Shown piece by piece: positions 46,535-56,385 of a DNA stretch of 64,000 nucleotides. How positions within the stretch are numbered: position 1 is the first letter of the stretch; each line of letters opens with the position of its first letter. The notes beneath the pieces are model-generated. The model saw only the letters and a program-made list of their open reading frames with translations. It ran no database searches and was not told the DNA's origin. The stretch spans positions 1,526 to 65,525 of the forward strand of contig DASPTH010000322.1 in NCBI GenBank assembly GCA_035623515.1. The letters are read 5' to 3'. The stretch comes from Acidimicrobiia bacterium (GTDB lineage: Bacteria > Actinomycetota > Acidimicrobiia > IMCC26256 > DASPTH01). The translations under genes were made by a program, and so were the position numbers.

Positions 46535-47322
46535 GCCGCGCCCGCGCCGCGCTCCATGTTGACCGCGCCCGCGGGGCCGCGACCGGTGACCCGGTCGATG
46601 TCGACGACCACGGCAACCCCGCGACGTTCCGGGTCGAGGGCCTGCTCCCGCTCGGGGCTGTTGTCGAACACGGCGTCGCGCACCGCGGGATCGTCGTCGA
46701 CGCGCCCGCGTCCCTGGATCTGGTAGTTCGCGCGCGTCGCAGGATCGCGATAGAAGAACGTGAGGCGCGGGTTGTCGGGCAGGGCACGGAGGAGCCCTCC
46801 GTTGCGATCGCGGATCCAGACCGCGAGCTGGTCGGGGGCGAACACCTGGGTCGTACCCCGCAGCGAGAGCTGGGGCTGGCCCGCCCGGTCGACGTAGGCG
46901 GCGACGATCGGCGTGCCGTTGTCGAGCGCGCCGTTGATCGCGGCGCTGATCACCTCGTCGAGGGCGACGGGTACGGGCGGCGGCGGCGCCCCGGGCGTGA
47001 GCTCCTGCGCGAGCTCGACGATCCGGCCGTCCCCGTCGAAGCGGAAGGTGAGCGTGGCGGCGCCGAGCACCGCGCCGGGGCGGAACGTCGCCGAGACCCT
47101 GAGCCCGTCGCCGTCGGCCACGGGCTCGGACCACGTGCCCGCCGCGAAGAGCGGCTGCACGACGCGCACACCGTCGAGCAGCGCCGCCCGTCCCGATCCC
47201 GAACCGAGCGGGCCCCGCACCTCGACGGCGTCGGCGACCTCGTCGGCCAACGCCGCCGACGCGTCGTCGCCTCCGGTGGTCACCGCGTCGAGGTACGCGC
47301 GCACCGCCTGTTCGTTCGTCAT
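46531..47322 (-). CDS. Two-domain protein: NTF2/SnoaL-like N-terminus plus PPOX-type split-barrel (flavin/F420-binding-like) C-terminus
   Basis: ORF 46531..47403, with the start at MTNEQAVRAYLDAV (47322). A Pro-rich linker TPGAPPPPVPV separates the halves. The C-terminal half reads PIVAAYVDRAGQPQLSLRGT...LTFFYRD...YQIQGRGRV. Confidence 0.55.
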   Translation of the reverse strand: MTNEQAVRAYLDAVTTGGDDASAALADEVADAVEVRGPLGSGSGRAALLDGVRVVQPLFAAGTWSEPVADGDGLRVSATFRPGAVLGAATLTFRFDGDGRIVELAQELTPGAPPPPVPVALDEVISAAINGALDNGTPIVAAYVDRAGQPQLSLRGTTQVFAPDQLAVWIRDRNGGLLRALPDNPRLTFFYRDPATRANYQIQGRGRVDDDPAVRDAVFDNSPEREQALDPERRGVAVVVDIDRVTGRGPAGAVNMERGAGAA

Positions 47323-47555
47323 CGCGCTCACGACACTACGTCCGGCGCGCGACGACCGGCGACCTCGCTGATCGTCGGTCGCCGGCAGTCTGGGTGTGGG
47401 CATGACGGGCGAGTGCTCGCCGCTCAGTGGTCACCGGGCATGACGATCGTCCTCTCCTCGGGCTCCCGTCTCTCGGGAACTGGCCACATCGTCGTCCCCG
47501 CTCGTAAGTGGGCGCGCGCCGTCGCGCAAGAAACGCGTATGAACCGTGCGGCGAA

Positions 47556-49067
47556 CTAGCGGTCGTGGTCGCCGTCGAGTGCCGGTACGGGGAGCGCGAA
47601 CCCGACCGCCGCGCCGCCGTCGGCCCGGTTCGCCGCCCAGATGCGTCCGCCATGACGCGTCACCGCCTGCTGGACGATCGCGAGACCGAGACCGGAGCCG
47701 GACTGTGTGCGTGCGTCGACCGAGCGGTAGAAGCGGTCGAATACGTGCGGGAGGTCGGCGTCGGCGAACCCGTTGCCGCGGTCGCGCACCTCGAGGCTCG
47801 TCCCGGTCACGGCGACCTCGACCGGTGCGGACGCGTCGCTGTACTTGATCGCGTTGTCGACCAGGTTGCCGATTGCGCGTTCGACCATCTGCGGGCGCAC
47901 GAGCACCGTCGTCGCGCCGTCGGAGGTGAGCGCGATCTCGCGGCCGGTCCGGCGCGCCGCTCGCGCGACGGCGTCGTGCGCGAGGTCGGCGAGCTCGACG
48001 AGCTGTGGCGTCTCGTCGGCACCCGAGCTGTCGCCCGCCAGCTCGACCAGCTCGGACATCAGGTCGGTGAGCTCCCGCACCTCGAACTGCACGCCTTCGA
48101 CGACGGCGGCGTACTCGCCCGGCTCGAGCTCGTCGGCGCGGGCGAGGAGCTCGGCGTTCGTGCGCAGGCTGGTGAGCGGCGTGCGCAGCTCGTGGCTGGC
48201 GTCGCTCACGAGGCGTTGCTGCTCGCGGCGTGACGTCGAGAGCGCGTCGACCATCGTCGTGAAGCTGCGGCCGAGGCTCCCGATCTCCGCCGCGCCCTCG
48301 GTGGGGATCGGCGTGCTGAGGTCCTGCGTGCGGGCGATGTCCTCGGCGGTCACCCGCAGGCGGTCGATCGGCTTCACGATGCGTCCCGCGATCAGCCAAC
48401 CCGCGAGCGCCGCTGCGGTCACCCCGATGGCGCCGATCGCGCCGAGGCGGAGGCGCAGCGAGCCGAGCACGTCGTCGACCTCGTCGAGGCTGCGGCCGAG
48501 CTGGAACGCGCCACCGTCGGCGCGCGCGACTGTGAGCACGCGGTACCGCTCGCCGCCGAGGTGGACCGTGCGCAGCCGGGTGCCGGACCCGCTCCGCGCC
48601 AGCGCGAGGTCGACGCTGTCGACGGGCAGCTTCGCGCTCCCTTCGATGCACGTCGTGCGGGTGCCGTCGGGTGCGATGAACTGCGCGCTCGTCGCCGGCG
48701 CGAAGCTCGACGGCAACGGGCAGCCCGCCGGCCGCTGGAACCCCTGGTCGTCGTCGCCGTCGCCCCCGTTCGCCGCGACCGTCGTCCCGCCTTGGGGACC
48801 GCCTGGCCCGTGCATGTTCGCGAGGTCGACGACGCGCGCCTGCAACGACTCGTCGACGCTGTTCTCGAGCCGTTGCGATGTCGACAGGTACGCCGCGATG
48901 GCGCCGAACGCCATCACGAGCGCGGCGACGACACCGAGCGCACCGGCGATCCGCCAGCGCAGGCTCAATTTCCCCGCTCTCGGCGGCTCCGCCGCCGGGC
49001 CGCGCTGCGCGCCATTCGGCAAACGCCCGCTGCTCGCCGGGATACCCGGCTCGCCACGCTCGCTCAT
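47556..49067 (-). CDS. Sensor histidine kinase (2 TM, HAMP, HisKA, HATPase_c)
   Basis: H-box [12 protein letters not shown] box [10 protein letters not shown] boxes DRGNGF and GSGLGLAIV. Confidence 0.9.
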   Translation of the reverse strand: MSERGEPGIPASSGRLPNGAQRGPAAEPPRAGKLSLRWRIAGALGVVAALVMAFGAIAAYLSTSQRLENSVDESLQARVVDLANMHGPGGPQGGTTVAANGGDGDDDQGFQRPAGCPLPSSFAPATSAQFIAPDGTRTTCIEGSAKLPVDSVDLALARSGSGTRLRTVHLGGERYRVLTVARADGGAFQLGRSLDEVDDVLGSLRLRLGAIGAIGVTAAALAGWLIAGRIVKPIDRLRVTAEDIARTQDLSTPIPTEGAAEIGSLGRSFTTMVDALSTSRREQQRLVSDASHELRTPLTSLRTNAELLARADELEPGEYAAVVEGVQFEVRELTDLMSELVELAGDSSGADETPQLVELADLAHDAVARAARRTGREIALTSDGATTVLVRPQMVERAIGNLVDNAIKYSDASAPVEVAVTGTSLEVRDRGNGFADADLPHVFDRFYRSVDARTQSGSGLGLAIVQQAVTRHGGRIWAANRADGGAAVGFALPVPALDGDHDR

Positions 49068-49759
49068 GGCTTCCGGATGAGGTAGCCGACGCCGCGCACG
49101 GTGTGCACGAGCCGCGGCTCTCCCCCCGCCTCCGTCTTGGCCCGGAGATACCCGATGTACACGTCGAGCGAGCGCGAGCTCGTCTCGAAGTCGTAGCCCC
49201 AGATGCGCTCGTAGATGGTGTCTCGCGTCAGCACGATCCCCGCGTTCACCATCAGCAGCTCGAGCACGTCGAACTCCGTCTTCGTGAGCTGCATGGGGCG
49301 GCCGCCGCGCTCCACGGTCCGGCCCTGCGGGTCGAGCACGAGGTCGTCGACGCGCAGCTCCTCGCTACTGCCCGACACACTGGTCCGGCGCAGCAACGCG
49401 CGCATGCGCGCCGAGAGCTCGTCGAGCGCGAACGGCTTCACCAGGTAGTCGTCGGCGCCCGCGTCGAGGCCGGTGACGCGGTCGGACACCTCGTGGCGTG
49501 CGGTGAGCATGAGGATCGGGAGGACGACCTGCCGCGCACGGAGCCGGCGGCAGACGGTGAGGCCGTCGACGTGCGGCATCATGATGTCGAGCACGAGCAG
49601 GTCGGGCGGGTCGGCGTCGACGGCCACGAGTGCCTGCTCACCGTCGTTGACCGCGGTGACGTCGTAGCCCTCGAGGCGGAGCGCGCGCACGAGCGACTCC
49701 CGCACGCTGCGGTCGTCCTCGGCCACGAGCACCCGAGGCCCTCCTACGTCGCCATTCAT
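49064..49759 (-). CDS. OmpR/PhoB-family response regulator
   Basis: VLVAEDD...[10 protein letters not shown] receiver and [13 protein letters not shown] winged helix. ATGA overlap with the kinase gene. I prefer the ATG at 49759. Confidence 0.9.
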   Translation of the reverse strand: MNGDVGGPRVLVAEDDRSVRESLVRALRLEGYDVTAVNDGEQALVAVDADPPDLLVLDIMMPHVDGLTVCRRLRARQVVLPILMLTARHEVSDRVTGLDAGADDYLVKPFALDELSARMRALLRRTSVSGSSEELRVDDLVLDPQGRTVERGGRPMQLTKTEFDVLELLMVNAGIVLTRDTIYERIWGYDFETSSRSLDVYIGYLRAKTEAGGEPRLVHTVRGVGYLIRKP

Positions 49760-49855
49760 GAGGGAGACAGTACGCAGCCCGTGCAAAGGTCGCGTAAGAA
49801 TCCTGTTCTGGGCGTTACCGACCCACCGTGTCGGTAGGTGTGCAATGCCCTAACG

Positions 49856-52663
49856 TCAAACGGCGCCGCTCCGGGCGATCGCCTGCTCGTCGGTGCCGAG
49901 GTACGACGCGATGACGGCTTGGTCGCGGCGCACCCACTCGGGCGTGCCCTCGCTGATCACCCGGCCGGCCTCCAAGCAGTAGATGCGGTCGCTGATGCCC
50001 ATGACGAGCGGCATGTCGTGCTCGATGACGAGCAGGCTGGCGTGCAGTTCCTCGCGCACCCGCAGGATGAGCGGCCCGAACGCCTCCGTCTCGCGCTGGG
50101 CGATGCCCGCGGTCGGTTCGTCGAGGCACATGACGCGCGGCTCGACCGCCACGAGACACGCCAGCTCCACGATGCGCCGGGTACCCGTGGACAGCTCGTT
50201 GATGAAGCGGTCGGCGTAGCCGCCGAGCCCGAGGAACGCGACGATCTCCTCCGCCTGGGCGCGCTTGGCCCGCTCGAACCGCCGGGCCCGCGGGAGCGTG
50301 AGCCCCACCGCGAGTGGGCCCGCGTGCGCGCCTGACTCGAGCGCGACCGCGATCGTCTCGCGCACGGTGAGATCCGCGAACAGGCGCGCGTGCTGGAACG
50401 AGCGCCCGAGCCCGAGCGCGGCGCGACGGGGCGGGCTCGCGCGCGAGACGTCGCGCCCCTCGAGGATCACCGCGCCCTGGCTCGGCAGGAACCCGCCGAC
50501 GGCGTTCATGAGCGTGGTCTTGCCCGCGCCGTTGGCGCCGATCAGACCGACCGTCTCGTGGGCGGCCACCCGCAGGTCGACGTGGTCGACGACGACCCGC
50601 TTGCCGAACCGCACGGTGAGCCCGCGCACCTCGAGCGCCACCGCGGCGTCGACCGGCGCGGCGCGGCGCGGGGTGAGCCGCTTCCCCGTGGCCACGGGCG
50701 CGCGCGGCGCCTCCGCCGCGGGCGGGAGCTTGCGCCCGAGCCAGCCGAACAACAGGTCGCGCGCGCTGTAGAGCACCTGCACGAGCCCGGCCGGGAAGTA
50801 CAGCAGCAGGATGAGCAAACCGGCACCGCTCGTGAAGAGCGCGACCTCCGGCGAGCTCGGCGCCAGTGACGGGATGCCGACGACCCACAGCGCGCCGAGG
50901 ACCGCGCCCGGGATCGACGACAACCCGCCGATCACGGCCATGGCGACGATCGACAGCGACGACAGCGTCTCGTTCGGGCCGAACCGCTCGGGCGCGAACT
51001 CGACGAGCAGGCCCGCGAGCAGCCCACCCGCGAGTGTGGCGAGACCGCCGGCGATGACGAAGGCCGTGAGCTTGGCGCGGACGGGCGACAGCGCGAGACC
51101 GGCGGCCGCCTGCTCGTTGTCGCGCACGGCGATGAACGAGCGGCCGACGCCGCTGCGGCGGAGTTGCACCACGAAGAAGATCGCCGCCGCGAGCACGACG
51201 AGGCACAGGAAGTAGTAGGTGCGTTGCGACGTGAGGTCGATGCCGAGCAGCTCGCCGCGATGGACCTGCACCGACAGACCGCCGGGTAACAGGAACGGCC
51301 TCGGGAACAGCCACGACGCGGCGGCGATGCCGAAGGCCAAGGTGGCGACGGCGAGGAACAGTCCCCGCAGGCGCAGTGCCGGCGCACCGATCACCAGCGC
51401 GCCGATCATGCCGATCACCGTGACGACGACCAGCGCCTCCCCGAACGTGAACCCGTCGCGCATGAGCGCGGCCGTACCGAATGCACCCGCGCCGGCAAGC
51501 GCAAACTGCCCGAGCGAGAGTTGGCCTGCCCAGCCGGTGAGGACGGTCAGCGACAAGGTGAGCAGCGCGTAGATCAGCACCCGGCTGAACAGCAGCTGCT
51601 GCGACGGATGCGTCACGACGAACGGGAAGGCCACCGCGGCGAACAGTGCGAAAGCTGTGCCCAGCCGGGGCAGGTTGCGCACGATCCAGAAGCCCTGCAG
51701 GTTCGCCGGCACCGGCCGCACGCGCGGCGAGAACGACCAATTGTCGACGTGCTCGGTGTCGCGGTCGCGCCGCCCGCTGACGAGCAGGATCACGAGCACG
51801 GCGACGAAGAGCACGCCGTCGAGCAGGCCCACCTGGCTCGGGTAGTTGTAGTAGAGGATCGCCTCGGTGACGCCGATCGCAACTCCCCCGACGAGCGCGC
51901 GTGGCATCGAGCGCATGCTGCCGATGAGCGCGGCCACGATCGCGCGGAGCAGCACCCCGGGACCGACCGTGATCGTGTCGGTCGTGGTGGAGCTCGTGAG
52001 CGGGATCGTGAGGATCATGCTGAGCGCGGCGAGGAAACCGGCGACGGTCCAGACGATGGTGGACATCCTCTTCGGGCTGATCGACGACAACCGCGCCGCG
52101 TCGGGATTCGCCGCAGACGCCCGGATCGCCATCCCGTACTTCGTGTGGTTGAGGAAGATCGTGAGCGCGATCGCCAGCAGTGGCACGATCGCGAGCACGA
52201 GGACCTGCGCGCTCTGGATGTCGAGACCCAGTACGTGCCACGGCTTGTCGAGCGTGAAGGCGGTGGGGAACGAGGAGTACGTGTCGAACTTCGGCAGCAC
52301 GAACTGGAAGAAGAGGAGCAGCTGCGCGACGCCGATGGTCGCGACGAACAGCACGACGCGAGGCGAACGGAACAGCCGGCGCACGACGATCAGCTCGATC
52401 GCGGCGCCGAGCAACGCGCCGACGATCAGGCACGCCACGAGCGCCACCCAGTAGTCGACGCCCCAGTTGATCACGAGACGCGCCATGAGCGCGGCGGCGA
52501 ACGTGCCCATCTCGACGATGGCGAAGTTGAACACCTGGGTCGATCGGTAGATCAGGATCAACCCGATCGCGATCACGCCGTACGTGAGCCCCTGCATCAC
52601 GCCCGAGAAGATCGACTGCCGCGGGAACTCCACCGCGAGCGTGGTGACGACCGACGGGATCAC
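49856..52663 (-). CDS. Fused LIV-type ABC importer subunits: LivH-like permease + LivM-like permease + LivG-like ATPase (935 aa)
   Basis: Two successive multi-TM permease regions (aa about 1-300 and about 330-640). These are followed by Walker A GANGAGKTT, signature LSTGTRR and Walker B VMCLDEPTAG. Confidence 0.85.
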   Translation of the reverse strand: MIPSVVTTLAVEFPRQSIFSGVMQGLTYGVIAIGLILIYRSTQVFNFAIVEMGTFAAALMARLVINWGVDYWVALVACLIVGALLGAAIELIVVRRLFRSPRVVLFVATIGVAQLLLFFQFVLPKFDTYSSFPTAFTLDKPWHVLGLDIQSAQVLVLAIVPLLAIALTIFLNHTKYGMAIRASAANPDAARLSSISPKRMSTIVWTVAGFLAALSMILTIPLTSSTTTDTITVGPGVLLRAIVAALIGSMRSMPRALVGGVAIGVTEAILYYNYPSQVGLLDGVLFVAVLVILLVSGRRDRDTEHVDNWSFSPRVRPVPANLQGFWIVRNLPRLGTAFALFAAVAFPFVVTHPSQQLLFSRVLIYALLTLSLTVLTGWAGQLSLGQFALAGAGAFGTAALMRDGFTFGEALVVVTVIGMIGALVIGAPALRLRGLFLAVATLAFGIAAASWLFPRPFLLPGGLSVQVHRGELLGIDLTSQRTYYFLCLVVLAAAIFFVVQLRRSGVGRSFIAVRDNEQAAAGLALSPVRAKLTAFVIAGGLATLAGGLLAGLLVEFAPERFGPNETLSSLSIVAMAVIGGLSSIPGAVLGALWVVGIPSLAPSSPEVALFTSGAGLLILLLYFPAGLVQVLYSARDLLFGWLGRKLPPAAEAPRAPVATGKRLTPRRAAPVDAAVALEVRGLTVRFGKRVVVDHVDLRVAAHETVGLIGANGAGKTTLMNAVGGFLPSQGAVILEGRDVSRASPPRRAALGLGRSFQHARLFADLTVRETIAVALESGAHAGPLAVGLTLPRARRFERAKRAQAEEIVAFLGLGGYADRFINELSTGTRRIVELACLVAVEPRVMCLDEPTAGIAQRETEAFGPLILRVREELHASLLVIEHDMPLVMGISDRIYCLEAGRVISEGTPEWVRRDQAVIASYLGTDEQAIARSGAV

Positions 52664-54885
52664 TTCTCTCCCTTGGAGAGGAAGACGGCCCGCACGAGGT
52701 CGTCTCGTTCGAGCAGGTCGCTCGCCACCCCCTCGAACTTCACCTGACCCTTCTCCATGAACACCGCTCGGTCGGCGATCGACAGCGCCACGTTCAGCGA
52801 CTGCTCGACGATGATCATCGTCGTTCCACGCGCCTGCAACTCGCGGATCACTCCGAGGAGACGCTGGACGACGAGCGGCGCGAGGCCGAGCGACAGCTCG
52901 TCGATGATCAGCACCTCGGGCTCGTGCAGCAGTGTCATGGCGAGCGCCACCATCTGCTGTTCCCCGCCCGACAGGTCGCCCGCGGTCGACTTCGCGCGCT
53001 CCCGGACGATCGGCAACAGCTCGGCGACGCGATCGACGCGCTCGTGCAGCTCCTGCCGCGAGTAGACGAACCCCGCCATCCGCAGGTTCTCCTCGACGCT
53101 GAGGGGCGGGAAGACGGCGCCGCCGCCCATGAGCTGGACGATCCCGATCTTCGCCCGGAGCTCGGCGTCGGCGTAGGTGACCGTGCGGCCCTTGAACCTC
53201 ACCACCCCGCGTTGGGGGACGCCGAGCCCGCTCACGACCCGCAGCAGCGTCGACTTGCCGGCGCCGTTCGTGCCGAGGAGCGCGAGTGTCTCACCCCGGT
53301 AGACGTCGAGCGACACGTCGAAGAGCACCTGGACCTTGCCGTAGGAGAAGTCGAGGTTGCGCACCTGGACCACCGGCGAGTCCGCACCCTGCTCGTGCAG
53401 GCGCCGGTGCTCGTCGCGCTCCTCCTCGAGCTCCTCCACCACCAGCGCCACGTCCTGGCGCACGTAGCGGGCGCCGTAGGCGATCAACGCCCCGCCGATG
53501 AGTGCGGCCGGCACCACGACCACCGCGACCGCGCCGCGCCGGCCGATCTCGTCGGCGAGCAACCCGGTGACGACCGCGCCGAAGAACGCGCCGAACAAGA
53601 ACACGTACAACCCGATCATCGCGACGCCGCGCGAGCGCAACCGGTACGGGATGATCGACGAGATCGGGGCGATCACGATCGCGAACGCCGACTCCGCCAT
53701 CGCGCTCCCGATCGCCATGATGATCAGCATGGGCGCGAGGCTCGGCATCAGGATCCCCACCGCGATGAAGATCCCGAACGCGGCGATGAGCCCACCGATG
53801 AAGATCAGGCACTTCGGCGGGCTGCGCCGGAACAGCGCGTCGGTGTGCCGGCCGACGATCGCGACCGCGATGAGCCCGGGCACGATCATCGCCGAGGTGG
53901 CGAGACCGCGTTCGAAGCCGCCGAGGCCGTACCGGTTCTTCAGGATCAGGTTGAGGAAGAGCGGGATGCTGAACAGCGCGAAGCCGAGCGAGGCCATCCC
54001 GAGCAGGAAGAAGTGGAACGTCTTGATCTTGTTGAGGCGCTCGAAGGCGACGCTGAGCGAGATCGGCAGCTCGTCCTCGTCGGCCTCGACCTCCTCGCCG
54101 AGCACCGCCTGCATCTCGTGACGGCCCCGCCGCGGTTCGTGGAGCCGGCTGGTCGCGAGCACGATCGGCACGGTGAGGATCGCGGTGACCACGAACACCC
54201 AGCGCCATCCGTCGTTGCCGCCCGCGAGCGCGGCGATCCCGCCCGCCATGAGCGGCGCGAGGCCGTGGCCGCAGTTCTGGATGATGTTGTTCAGCGCGAA
54301 CACACGCCCGCGCGCCTGGATCGGGTACGTGTCGATGAGCAGCGGGCTGTGGACCGGCAGCTGGTACGACTGCCCGAGGCCGCTGCCCAACCGGGCGAGG
54401 AACAGTTGGAACGCGTTCCGCACGAACGCGGTGAAGAAGATCACCACCGACCAGACCGCCAGCGACGCGGCCGCGAGCCGGGTCCGCGATCGCCGGTCGG
54501 CGAGCGAGCTGAGCGGGATGGCGCCGCCGAGATAGAGCACCCCGAAGGCGCCGCCGATCGACGCGATCACCGCGTCGCTCACGTGCAGCGACTTCTGGAT
54601 GTCGGGGGCGATGACGGCGAACCCGGCCTGGTCGATCCACTGGATGAATTGCCCCAGGCCGAGCACGACGACCATGGAGATCCCGCCGATGCGCAGCCCC
54701 TCACGCAGCGTCATCGCCGCCGCGCCGACCCCGGGGATCTGGTCGTCGTCGAGCGCGATCGCGATCGCGGCCTGCTGTTCCTCGCGGAGCGCCTCCTCCT
54801 CGAGGAGACGCGAGGAGAGCGCAGCCGCCGAGCTCGATTCCTCGGTCGCTGTGCTCTCCCGCCCCTCCGAGAGGTCTCCGGTCAT
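52660..54885 (-). CDS. Chimeric MFS-like 12-TM domain fused to a LivF-like ABC ATPase (741 aa)
   Basis: N-terminal acidic/Ser-rich tail, then about 12 hydrophobic segments with the MFS motif-A-like SLADRRSRTRL. After that come Walker A GTNGAGKST, signature LSGGEQQM and Walker B LIIDELSLGLAP. GTGA overlap with the downstream gene. Confidence 0.8.
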   Translation of the reverse strand: MTGDLSEGRESTATEESSSAAALSSRLLEEEALREEQQAAIAIALDDDQIPGVGAAAMTLREGLRIGGISMVVVLGLGQFIQWIDQAGFAVIAPDIQKSLHVSDAVIASIGGAFGVLYLGGAIPLSSLADRRSRTRLAAASLAVWSVVIFFTAFVRNAFQLFLARLGSGLGQSYQLPVHSPLLIDTYPIQARGRVFALNNIIQNCGHGLAPLMAGGIAALAGGNDGWRWVFVVTAILTVPIVLATSRLHEPRRGRHEMQAVLGEEVEADEDELPISLSVAFERLNKIKTFHFFLLGMASLGFALFSIPLFLNLILKNRYGLGGFERGLATSAMIVPGLIAVAIVGRHTDALFRRSPPKCLIFIGGLIAAFGIFIAVGILMPSLAPMLIIMAIGSAMAESAFAIVIAPISSIIPYRLRSRGVAMIGLYVFLFGAFFGAVVTGLLADEIGRRGAVAVVVVPAALIGGALIAYGARYVRQDVALVVEELEEERDEHRRLHEQGADSPVVQVRNLDFSYGKVQVLFDVSLDVYRGETLALLGTNGAGKSTLLRVVSGLGVPQRGVVRFKGRTVTYADAELRAKIGIVQLMGGGAVFPPLSVEENLRMAGFVYSRQELHERVDRVAELLPIVRERAKSTAGDLSGGEQQMVALAMTLLHEPEVLIIDELSLGLAPLVVQRLLGVIRELQARGTTMIIVEQSLNVALSIADRAVFMEKGQVKFEGVASDLLERDDLVRAVFLSKGEK

Positions 54886-54889
54886 CCCC

Positions 54890-56260
54890 CTACTTCGACG
54901 TCGACGCGCCGCTCGTCGTGGTCGAGACCGCGATGGCCTTGGCCTTGCCGCCCACGGGGAGGAAGCCGCCCTGGCCGTCGTTCCCGCTCTTGGAGTACTT
55001 CGCCGCGTAGACGTGGTCGCCGGCGTCGTACTTGCCGGCCTTCCACGTGCCGGACGGGCCGGAGTTGCTCGGGATCGTGCCGATCGCGAGCAGGGACGTG
55101 AGGAAGGCCGGCGTGGTCAGGGTCCCCGAGACGCCTTTCACACCCTGCGCGATCAAGTTCATCATGATGCAATACTGCCCGTACGCGGCGTAGGCGTTCT
55201 GGTCGGTCGTGTACGCGAAGAGCCCGCCCTTCGCCGCGTTCGAGTTGCAGGTCTTCGTCTCCTGCGAGAATTCGCTGTCGGGCCAGGTCACGCTCACGCC
55301 GTTGGCGCCCGACCACGCATCGGTCACCGGCTTGAAGAACTTCGCCACGGTGTCGGTGGTGTTGTTGCGGTTGGCGGTCCAGGCGGGCGAGTACCCGATC
55401 TTCGCCGCCTCGGCCACCAGCGTCTCGCCCGCGAGCACGTCGGCGGCGTTGAACACGAAGTTCACGCCGTCGTTCTTCAGCTTCTGCACCGCCACGTCCT
55501 GCTGGGCGCACGTGGTCGGGTTGTTCGCGCACGGCAACACGATCTTGTCGGTGACCTTGTAGCCGAGTTTCTTCAGGGTGGGTATCAGCACGTTGGAGAG
55601 CGTGTTGAGCACGGGTGCGCTCCCGTCGGTACCGACGACACCGATCTTCTTGCCCTTGAGCAGCCCCTGCTGGGCGCTCACCTCCGCCCAGGCCGCCATC
55701 TGGCGGTCGACCGACATCCCCGTGTTGCCGTCGGTGAACAGGTACCCCTTGGCGTCCTGGTAGAGCTTGGCGGTGAACCCGACGTTGCCGATCGCCGGCG
55801 TCTTGTGGTCGATCGTGATGCAGCGCGCCAGGCTCTCGTCGAAGACCGACGCGAACACCACCGCGAACGCCTTCTGCTCCTCGGTCGCGTAGAGACACGC
55901 GGCCTGGTAGTCCTCCGGCTTCGGCTGCGAGGGCAGCAGCTTCACGACCACGTCGAACTTGTACTTGCCCGCCCGTCCCGCGGAATTGATCTCGTTCTCC
56001 ATCTGCTTGAACTGGTCGGCGGGCTTGCCGAGGTCGGGGACCACCCCCGCGTCGACGAGCGCCTGGACGTCGAGGCCGAGCACCACGACCTTCACGGTGT
56101 TGGTGCTGGTGTCGACGCCGACGGCCGCGCTCGGCGCCGCCGTCGCTCCACCCGCGGTGGCGGCAATGGCCGCGACCGCCAGCGCGAGCGTCAGGACCGC
56201 CGTGAGCAGTCGCCGCCCGTGGACTCGGGCGTGCGCCGGCCCATCGACTCGATGGAGCAT
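54890..56260 (-). CDS. LIV-type (type-1 PBP) ABC substrate-binding protein
   Basis: ORF 54890..56380. The start at MLHRVDG (56260) follows GGGGGGAA. Signal-like LLTAVLTLALAVAAIAATAGGATA. First gene of the transporter operon. Confidence 0.8.
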   Translation of the reverse strand: MLHRVDGPAHARVHGRRLLTAVLTLALAVAAIAATAGGATAAPSAAVGVDTSTNTVKVVVLGLDVQALVDAGVVPDLGKPADQFKQMENEINSAGRAGKYKFDVVVKLLPSQPKPEDYQAACLYATEEQKAFAVVFASVFDESLARCITIDHKTPAIGNVGFTAKLYQDAKGYLFTDGNTGMSVDRQMAAWAEVSAQQGLLKGKKIGVVGTDGSAPVLNTLSNVLIPTLKKLGYKVTDKIVLPCANNPTTCAQQDVAVQKLKNDGVNFVFNAADVLAGETLVAEAAKIGYSPAWTANRNNTTDTVAKFFKPVTDAWSGANGVSVTWPDSEFSQETKTCNSNAAKGGLFAYTTDQNAYAAYGQYCIMMNLIAQGVKGVSGTLTTPAFLTSLLAIGTIPSNSGPSGTWKAGKYDAGDHVYAAKYSKSGNDGQGGFLPVGGKAKAIAVSTTTSGASTSK

Positions 56261-56385
56261 CGTGTTCCCCCCGGATGTGTGCGGATGTGGGTGGTTGGGT
56301 CGTGCGGGTTCTACCACGTTCAGCGGGCGTTCGGGCATCGTGTGCGCGACGGCACCGCCCGTACGCTGGCCCGGTGGCACCCCCG

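Noticed and set aside
49816-49836. Inverted repeat TACCGAC-N7-GTCGGTA between the LIV operon stop and the response-regulator start, as a terminator or operator.
   Set aside because: The stem is only 7 bp with a 7-nt loop and no flanking U-tract. This is indistinguishable from chance in GC-rich DNA.
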